Both the position numbers and the translations under genes were made by a program. The notes beneath the pieces are model-generated. The model was not told the DNA's origin. It made no database searches and was given only the letters and a program-made list of their open reading frames with translations. Of a stretch of 64,000 nt of DNA, positions 55,632 to 64,000 are shown in pieces. Where the stretch lies: positions 7,288 to 71,287 of the forward strand of contig NW_018405752.1 in assembly GCF_002113885.1 (NCBI RefSeq), in the 5' to 3' direction. Each line of letters begins with the position of its first letter. The stretch's first letter is position 1. The stretch comes from Mizuhopecten yessoensis (taxonomy: Eukaryota).

Positions 55632-57247
55632 TAATTTACCAACGATCGATAGCAGTGATATAGGTCTGTAATTAGTTAATATAGACTTGTTATTTTTTTA
55701 TGCAAAGGGGTGACGTTAGCAAACTTCCATTCAGATGGGAATAACCCAGATCTAATTGACCTGTTAAAGAGATTTCTTAAGGGGACACATATGATATTTA
55801 CTGATTCTTTAAGAAGACGAGGATTTACCAGGTCAGGACCAATGGCCTTAGAACAGTCAGTGGTAAGAATAGCATCTCTGACATCATTAGCTGTGATGTT
55901 AATATCAGATAAGGAATTATTACATTCGTCGTTAATGTTAGGGAGATTTACATTGGAATCATCAACTGTAGACTGGGCACAAAAGAAGTCATTAAATAAG
56001 CAAGCTTTCTCAAAGTCATCTGAGACAGTGCTATTGTTAAGAAGCAATGGTGGTATACAAAATTTACCAGAGTTAGGTAATAGTTGCTTTACAGTTTTCC
56101 ACCATTGTTTAGCACTAATGTTGGAAGGTTTGCGAAGTTCGCTACATAAATTAGAAAAATATGTTAATTTGGCGTGCTTGATTGTGTTAACACATTTGTT
56201 ACGAAGTCGACGAAACTTTGCCCAGTGAGCTTCAGTAAGGGTACGCTTGGCTTTTGTATGAGCGCGCTTACGTTTACGAATTAATCTCCTTATTTCGTTT
56301 GATAGCCAAGGGGGTCCATTAGATCTGATGGTTATTTTTTTATTCGGAATACAAGATTTAGCAATAGTAAGTAAAATATCTAAGAAATTTTTGACAGCAT
56401 CATTAATATCATCAAAAGCACTCAATAAATTCCAGTTAACTGAGCTAAGTTTTTCCCTAAATAAATCGTAATTTCCTAGGTCAAAAAGTCAAACGTTTCG
56501 CTTAAACACCTGCTGCACTGGCTTTGAAATATTAAAAGACCAGTAAATTGGACAATGGTATCTAACCGGTTGGTCAAGGAAGCTTTATTCAACATAACAG
56601 TTATTAATAAGGTTATTACTACTAGTACAGACTATATCTAACAATGACTCCGAGGCTTCTGTATAAAAAGTTGGTGATTCAACAAGCTGAGTTAGATTAA
56701 AGGGAGCAAGTATATCGCGTAAGTGGGAAGAATGGTGGTCTACTAGGGCATTTGCATTGAAGTCTCCGGTTATCACAATATGAGAGATGCCTGTATTCTA
56801 CGCTTTTTCTATAGAATGCGAGATATGAGACCATATGATGACAGGAGAGTTTGGAGGCCGATAAAAAATACCATATAATATTTTCTCTGAACCAAGTACA
56901 ATTTCTAACCAGACACATTCAATGGTAGCTATCTCTATATCTGATCTTCTTTTTGCAGGAATATTATATTTTACATAAACCGATATACCACCGCCCATTC
57001 GATCAGGTCTACAGTAGCAGAATGGGTCAGAATATCCAGGCAGGGTAAGGTCAGATGAGATATCATTTAAATTTAACCATGTCTCAGTAAAGGATAAAAT
57101 TGTTATATTACTTAACTCGGTGTAAAGAATATCAAGTTTTTGTTTGAGACTTTGAACATTAAGATGGACAAATGAAAAATTACTGACCGCATCGAGCTGG
57201 ACATTAATATTCGAAAATATAGATGAGGAAGATGAGCTAGAAGACAT

Positions 57248-57300
57248 GGGACCAGGATTGAGTTCTATATCTCCAGATAACAACAAATGCCAATAGTCCA
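57248..57300 (-). other. 2A-like (StopGo) ribosome-skipping peptide at the LINE ORF2 N-terminus
   Basis: DYWHLLLSGDIELNPGP matches the D(V/I)ExNPG-P consensus directly upstream of the APE domain. Confidence 0.8.
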
Positions 57301-58236
57301 AAGCACGACGTAGAGATATAGATAATTTATCAGTAGCGGACATGATAGAAGAGGAGATGAATTTAGCACTTATGTAATGAATATCAGGGTTGTATTTGAA
57401 GCTTTTGACGCTAAGATGGACGAAAGAATACCTACCGTTACAGAACTGGATACTTGAAGAGGAAGTAGAAGCAATTGATTGAACGGTAGAAGTAGAAAAG
57501 TGCTGTGAATTTAACTCAATGTCACCCGAAAAATACCAGCTGATCAATGCATAATGTATTGATATAAAAGTAAGTAATTCTGCTAAAAAGGATGCGAAGT
57601 GGTAACATGAACTGCTACGGAACGACTCCCTGAGTGATGTACTAATATTATGTAAATAAGACGTAAAAACATATAACAAAAGTAAGAGTAATGCCATACA
57701 TAACATGTCGGGAACGGTCACGTTTTACCGTTTGAAGGTAATGTACTGTAAAACAGTAACCCCTATTTTTCTTTTATGTAAAAGGTGTTTATCCTCTGAC
57801 CTATATTATGATGCCTTTGTCAGTCGTTCACTTCAGGTATTTCTATATAAAGTGTTCAATTAACATACAAATCATTGTGCTATTGACCTAAATCTTAGAC
57901 TGATGACACAATAAACGAAATCCTAGAAATAATGACACAGTAAACGAAATCTTAGACATAAACAAAGTTGCATCAATCTTAAATAATGACACGGTGACCA
58001 TGAAATATGAAATATACGACNAGGTGACCTTGAAATATGAAATATACGACAGCCGGTTGTAGTAACATACAAAAACAAAATATCGTTATAACCAGACAAT
58101 TTACCTCGTTATTACGATTTAAGTTGTTTTGTTCTTGCGAGGTACTCCATGTCTTTTTTCACGAGTATCATTATTTTGGTATTTCGAGTTCTGATCTCGT
58201 TATTACGAGTTACGTTATCTCGATATTGTGAATTAA

Positions 58237-59713
58237 GGTGGCTCTACACATCGTCATCAGCGTCCATTTTCGTGACGTACTTCCGGAAAAAATACAGCTC
58301 GGACTCAATTATCTTAATCGAAATGTGCATGTACACCGTGTCGTCATATCCGTATTGCGTATCGGGCATTCGATATCGTAGTGCAAATTATAATAACACC
58401 AGGGCCGTTTTCGTTTAAACGGTCAAACCGATCGGACCTCTGTTGTTCGTTTATTAAATAAGGTCGGACCTAGTGATCTGATGCTGCTTTCAGGCGAGCC
58501 TTGAGAAAGCCTTGCAAGGCCTGCATACACATTGGCGGGTCCGCCAGGATTTATACCCGAAATTGTTACATTTATAAACGGTCAAACCGGTTGTTCCGCA
58601 TAAACGAACAGGCCCCTGGTAAACAATAGTACACGTGCGTGCCGATGATATGTCAACACCCGATATCGAGATTTTACCGGGAAATGTATCATTACACGCA
58701 CTTCAGGAATAAAGCTTTCCAATTCATAGACATAAACAGACTCACGGGAAGACGGTGACATGAGACCAGACGACCTCAAGAAAGTCATATACAAAATGTA
58801 GGAAACACATGGAATGCGGACGTATACCGACCTCACATGTACATATCACGTGCTTACACGAGTTTCGCTGTTGAGGGAGTTCGCTCTGTCGATTAAATCG
58901 TGTTTACAAATGTAGTCTACTTACTCTGTGAAAATAATGTTTTGTAAAATATCAAGATACCTATGAAATGCATGTGTGAGTGCACGTGAGAACGGCATAC
59001 CATTCGATAGCCTCTGGTCACATATGTACCTGTTATGTAATTATAAATATACCGTGATTTAGCGGACTGTGGAATGATGTCCAAAGTGTACATGACTGAG
59101 GGTAATTTGGTTCCATTAAAGAACAATAAATTGATAATTTTGATATCATATTTTTGATTTATTTCCATCATTTTTGTTATATGTAAACAGAGACAACTGT
59201 CACTGTGTAAATGTCATCCCTCTGCAAAAAGTTCCGATTTTTTTCAAGGAAGATAACTCTCTACCGGATCAAAGTGATTGTAAAATGTAAAATAAATTAA
59301 TTATAAAGCCATCGTGTATTTTTTATTCAATTTCCCATTCTATATGTATAGATCTTTGTGTCCTGTTTGCTTTTAGCTTGTAGATAATCACTTTTATCCG
59401 TACAAATTCAATAAAAAGCACTTTGTGTAACATGTGTTACATATTTTGCGATAAATAAAATATTTGTACGGTTAATTAGAAATGCTTCTCTTCATTTTCT
59501 TATTGTTGTTATTGTTCCGAACAATGCCACACACACAAAAAACGGAAAATATTAAAATTGACGAAAATTCAATTTTTTGGTATTTTTTCCAAAAAAGTCC
59601 ACAAAATATCGGAATGTTTAGATTTTCATAAAATCAACTCTGCATAGTTGCATAACCATTATATGAAAGTTTCAACGAATTTTGCTGGTTAATTGCGAAA
59701 GTATGGAGCCACC
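58237..59713. mobile_element. Arm-B copy of the TTAA-targeting (Kolobok-like) element
   Basis: TTAA|GGTGGCTCTACAC ... GTATGGAGCCACC|TTAA; reverse complement of 28336-29739. Confidence 0.85.
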
Positions 59714-62432
59714 TTAAGCGATCTCGTTATTACGAATTAGTTATCATATTATTACGACTTAGGTTGTGTTATTTGTTACTAGATGAACTATGTCAAGGCT
59801 GTCTAAAGGCTGGGTGTATAATCATAGAGAACTATATGATGTTTATAAACCCTCTATACCATACACCAATTAACTTGTATATGGTCGTTATTCCTCTCCT
59901 CCTGAAATGTCTGCGTGAGCTGGGCGACGGGTATTTGTATTGTTGACGTGCTTCTAACTCATCTGTCCAGTTCGTCCAACGGAAGCTCAACAACGGACAA
60001 ATGTTTGCCCAAAACTAATCATTCGTAGGCGGTATTTTAGCTGCCGTATCTGCAGTGTTGTAACTGGACATTGTTGACAGATATCAATCATTGTTTACTT
60101 TTTCACTTCTACTTATCCTTTCGTTTTGATAAATCAGTAAAAAGGTCGATACAAATGTCCAAGCTATGTAGTTTATGCGTTCTAAGTCAATGAAAATATT
60201 TTACACGAGATTTAAAATAGTAAAATGACATAAAAGAAAAAAGAATTGGTTTTACAAAATCAATATTCAGTGTTGTTATCAAATACAAACCTTTTTATCA
60301 AATCAACTTCATTTTTCGGACAGTTTAAACCATTGGATTTTTGTCGAGAATTCAGGGCCTGACCTTGAGCGTAAAAATAGGGGCATTATCAGTAGTGCAA
60401 AAAATCGGGGGTTTATCAGAAGAATACAAAAATTGGGGCCTGATCAGGAGAGTAGTCGAAAGGAAATATGACATCTAAAATAATAATCATTCTTTTATCC
60501 GATCAAGGATATACGTAGGTCACTTATGGTGGAAGAAACAGTGAGCAAGTCTTGACTGGTAAGCACTGAAATCCCTAAACATATCGGAGCACTCCATGGA
60601 TGGGGTTCATCCTTTTACAAATGATTCAATTCATCTGTTAATAATGCTTTACGAAGTCATCTTCTATGATATTCTTAACTTAAGAAAGCTGTGATAATAA
60701 TTTTAAGGTGAATGTGTCTTAGAAAGTTATGACACTAACTATTTTATACTATTGTGTGTTTCTTATAGATATATAAATTTATAATGTAATTCATAGTTAA
60801 CACATGCGTCTTACTAACAAGAGAATCATGTGGAAGATAAGCCCATGGCTAAACATGTATCTATCTTCAATACAGAATGTCTATTATTATTATTATTATT
60901 ATTATTCTATTTTGACGTCATAGTCAATTGGCAGTTGTTTCCCCAATCGGAAACATGATGACGTCACATATGGTTTCTAGATTAACCATATGAATTGTAT
61001 GGGAGGAAAAGGTCACCTAACCCGTGATGGATGATTATCATGTTTCTCGAACTCGATTTAATTAATTTTTGAACTGTGACGATGAAGATATTTGAATCTG
61101 TTTTATAGTTTGGCGTTAATGATTTGTAAAACATAAACACTCACGCTTTATGAGATACATACGTATGACGTGTGACGTATGGAATACTGTCTTTGCCTCA
61201 CGTTTACCTTTGTAAACTGTGAACATGACCTCCAATATGCTTCCTACGTTTGTATCTAACGAGTGACCACTTAACATAAAAACGTCGTTGTTCTTTAAAT
61301 CAATGACGTTGTGACCTAGATAGTCATTGATGACACAGTTACCTTAATCTTAGACTCATCACACGGTGACCTAAGGAATTTATCTAAACTGTTAAAAAGC
61401 CGTATAGTGCTACACACAAAAATAAAAAGTATCCTCATATTACAAGTTAAACTACTTCGTTATTAGGGTTTGAATCATCTTGTTATAGCAATGTGTTACC
61501 GCGTTATTACGAGTTACGTTATCTCGATATGATTATTAAGTTATGTTATTTCGACAGAAGCTGTGTCGTTATTTCTAGTTAAACGTCGCTACTAGTACTA
61601 TTATACATGTACTATTGACGCAACTATCATACTACTTACACTTCAGCTATATAATATGCTACTAACGTTCCACTAACTACACAACACAAGCAAACTTAGT
61701 CATCAGTTAGAATTCTTTTAAAGCACTGATACCAACGTTTGTTTACAGGGCCCCGTGTATATGACCCTTACACAGACACCTGTTGCAGAGAATCCATATG
61801 GTGGGTCACGTATATGTCACTGATACGAATATAGCAGGGGAATCGAATTCCCGTTAATTTTCACAGTTTCCGCAGGTGAAAGACAAACATAGACGCAGAA
61901 GCATGCGTCATTACATATGTCAGTTTCAAAAGTGTTAATGTTAAAGTTAATTATCTGCAAAATTCAAAACAGATTAAAAAATAAATATCTCCCAATGACT
62001 TTGAATAAGATTGTGACTACGAACAGTTGACTCACTATTAACACTATCAAAAAACAATTTGAAATATGAACTCTTTTATGAACTCTTTTAAACAAATCCG
62101 AGCTTCTCTAGGTCGACGGGATAAGCCACTTGATATTAAAAACAAAAATACAACAACAACAAAACAATAAAAAAACAATAAAACAAATGAAGACCGTTTC
62201 AATGTCATGGACATTGAAAACGTTATCTGAACCAAAATTTACGTCAAAATATGTTGTATTTATTTAACTGAACTCAATTATAATATATACCATCATATAA
62301 GTATCTATTAAATGTCAGTTAAACTATGTTTTGAAAATGCATTAAAAAATCAAACACATAGCTGAACTTAAATTACTGATAATAGAATCAGGTTTGTTAT
62401 TGAAGCATTGGAGTTCCTATAAGAACTAATTT

Positions 62433-62789
62433 AGGAGACACGGTAGTCTAGTGGTAGGACGCCGGGCTCGTGACCGAAGGGTTGCGGTTTCGAGTCACGG
62501 CAAGGTACTGTGTGAGCAAGATACTATACTCCGCTTGTTCCAGTCTACTCAGCTGTAAATGAGTACGTGGTTGGGTAGCGCTAGAGTTGTTGAATGCTAG
62601 CTGCTAGCGCCGAAATGGCAGCTCCGGCTGTATGCTTCCCGGGGGGTTGAGGAAGATAATCGCTGGCTGCAAAGGCCCCATAACCACGCATGATAATTTG
62701 TGAACTGCTTTGAGACAACCTACGAACTAGGTTTTGATAAAGCGGTATATAAGAACCTCGAATTATTATCAATATTATTATTATTATTC
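62433..62789 (+). mobile_element. tRNA-derived SINE, near full length, with (ATT)n tail
   Basis: A/B boxes TAGTCTAGTGG and GGTTTCGAGTC, core TACTCAGCTGTAAATGAGTAC, tail AAAGCGGTATATAAGAAC...(ATT)n. Confidence 0.82.
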
Positions 62790-63322
62790 ATGACATGTAC
62801 CACCACTAGGCGTAGCTTTATCTGTTGACAAAGAGAAATCGTACGTTGAGTATCTCCGTATTATTTGAATGGGAGTTACCTCCCCTGTACGGTGTGATCA
62901 GACGCAGAGTAGGTTTATAAAAAAGCATTTGATGTGCTTTGCTTAAGAGAGCAATGATGACTGGAGGTTACTTTATATTGAGTTTGTAATTCGATTTTAC
63001 GTGACCTTTGATGGCGTTTTTGCAGTAGACTGCAAACTGAAACTTATAAGAATACAGTATCGAATGAACAATGTTTTAAGGCAAATTCGTAGTTTTGTTA
63101 GCCCAATTAATTATTCAAGAAATCCCCAATTTCGAACAGGCACTTCTGAATTCGGGGGTACCTGAATGCGAAATTTGGGAGAATGCTTCGTAAGGAGCTT
63201 CCTTGTACATATTACAGATGATAACACAGATGTAATCGTTTATACATGCAATATAACATAATTAGTGAAGTCAACATACGAGTTGACTTTTTTGATAAAT
63301 TGAAACCTACAATGCCCATAAT

Positions 63323-63324
<2 letters not shown>

Positions 63325-63390
<66 letters not shown>
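63325..63390. repeat. (AG)n microsatellite
   Basis: About 33 AG units. Confidence 0.98.
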
Positions 63391-63392
<2 letters not shown>

Positions 63393-63620
63393 CAACTTAT
63401 CGTTTCGATTTAATGGTTTCTTTCGAGTTCATTTATCTCCGACTTTATCCCGTATAATTTAAGGAAGATGTGTCGAAGTTTAATGACTAAGAAAAGTGAA
63501 ATGGTTCATTATTTATAGATACTTAACGTGCAGAGTTACCAAACACTGACGAAATACAGTTGATCCCTTACCAAGTTTTTCATATTAGCCTTCCTGCTCA
63601 AATAGCTAAATTCCCGCTTC

Positions 63621-63692
63621 AATTGGGAACCGTCGGAACTTTCCGTAAACGAGAAAATGGGCGTTTACGTAAAGTGCCGACGGTTCCCGATT
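63621..63692. repeat. 72-bp imperfect hairpin (micro-MITE-like)
   Basis: GGGAACCGTCGGAACTTTCCGTAAACG-10nt-CGTTTACGTAAAGTGCCGACGGTTCCC. Confidence 0.7.
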
Positions 63693-64000
63693 GCTTTAGC
63701 TTGTGTTTCAAGAAAACTTCAAAATCTGTAGACTTAAAAACTGTTGGCTATTTGCAAAACAAATATGCATTAAGTCTACTCTATACGTTATATTGAGTCA
63801 AGTAACGGTTGGAGAATTCAAAACATGGTGGGAATCATGAAACGTTTTATCGGGTCTGCCGAAAAAAAGGACGGGCGAAAGAGTGGACGGAATTTAAGAC
63901 GCCATATTAGAATGTTAGTTCAATTTTTTTTTTTTAATTAGTGCTAAGCGAAATGAAATTAGCCGTCAACAGGGGTCAAATTTAAATTTATGGGTGGTTA

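Larger units (their letters stand above)
53693..57720 (-). mobile_element. CR1/L2-group non-LTR retrotransposon (APE endonuclease + RT), inactivated
   Basis: APE motifs (HLNVQSL, FTETWL, GGGISVY, FYRPP, TGDFN), RT (FCDISKAFDRVWH, GVPQGSILGPLLF, LFADDT), C-terminal CCHC. In-frame stops at 56798 and 56585 and a frameshift near 55690. Absent from the paralogous site in arm A (~30210). Confidence 0.95.
45931..60156 (-). repeat. Right arm (B) of large inverted segmental duplication
   Basis: Reverse complement of 27902-39840, plus a 4-kb LINE and several indels. Confidence 0.95.

Noticed and set aside
55710-56228. 172-aa plus-strand ORF (and similar antisense ORFs at 14433-14816, 11649-11882)
   Set aside because: Antisense shadows of retroelement coding sequence.
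57895-57930. Hammerhead ribozyme core (CTGATGA...GAAA)
   Set aside because: No stem II pairing; lies in a ~30-bp tandem repeat and the arm-A copy reads CCGATGA.
62433-62510. tRNA gene (also 44285-44357 and 40390-40455)
   Set aside because: tRNA-like heads continue into SINE cores and tails and lack a clean cloverleaf.

Overview
AT-rich, intron-containing eukaryotic DNA from a draft assembly (N gap 22174-22341, single-N joins at 205, 24393, 25750, 58021). The repeat content suggests a bivalve mollusc; that is inference. (1) Exons 1-8 of an intact glutamyl-prolyl-tRNA synthetase gene (EPRS1) lie on the minus strand (8276 to 1561) and run off the left edge. A decayed, inverted partial copy (exons 9-13 plus linker/WHEP exons) lies on the plus strand at 21899-26618. 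(2) Between them is a degenerate Ty3/gypsy element (10507-15360) whose outer LTRs are inverted rather than direct, yet it carries a 5-bp target-site duplication. (3) The right half is a ~12-kb inverted segmental duplication (about 27900-39840 vs 45930-60156). Each arm has an intact 3-exon atypical Rho/Cdc42-like GTPase (189 aa, no CAAX, short Rho insert), and the two paralogs differ at the catalytic Gln61-equivalent (DPAGK vs DPAGQ). (4) The right arm carries a 4-kb CR1/L2-type LINE with a 2A-like StopGo motif. Also present: minisatellites, nested MITEs, TTAA-targeting elements, tiny palindromic insertions with TSDs, SINEs and Penelope-like fragments. No rRNA, true tRNA or CRISPR is supported.
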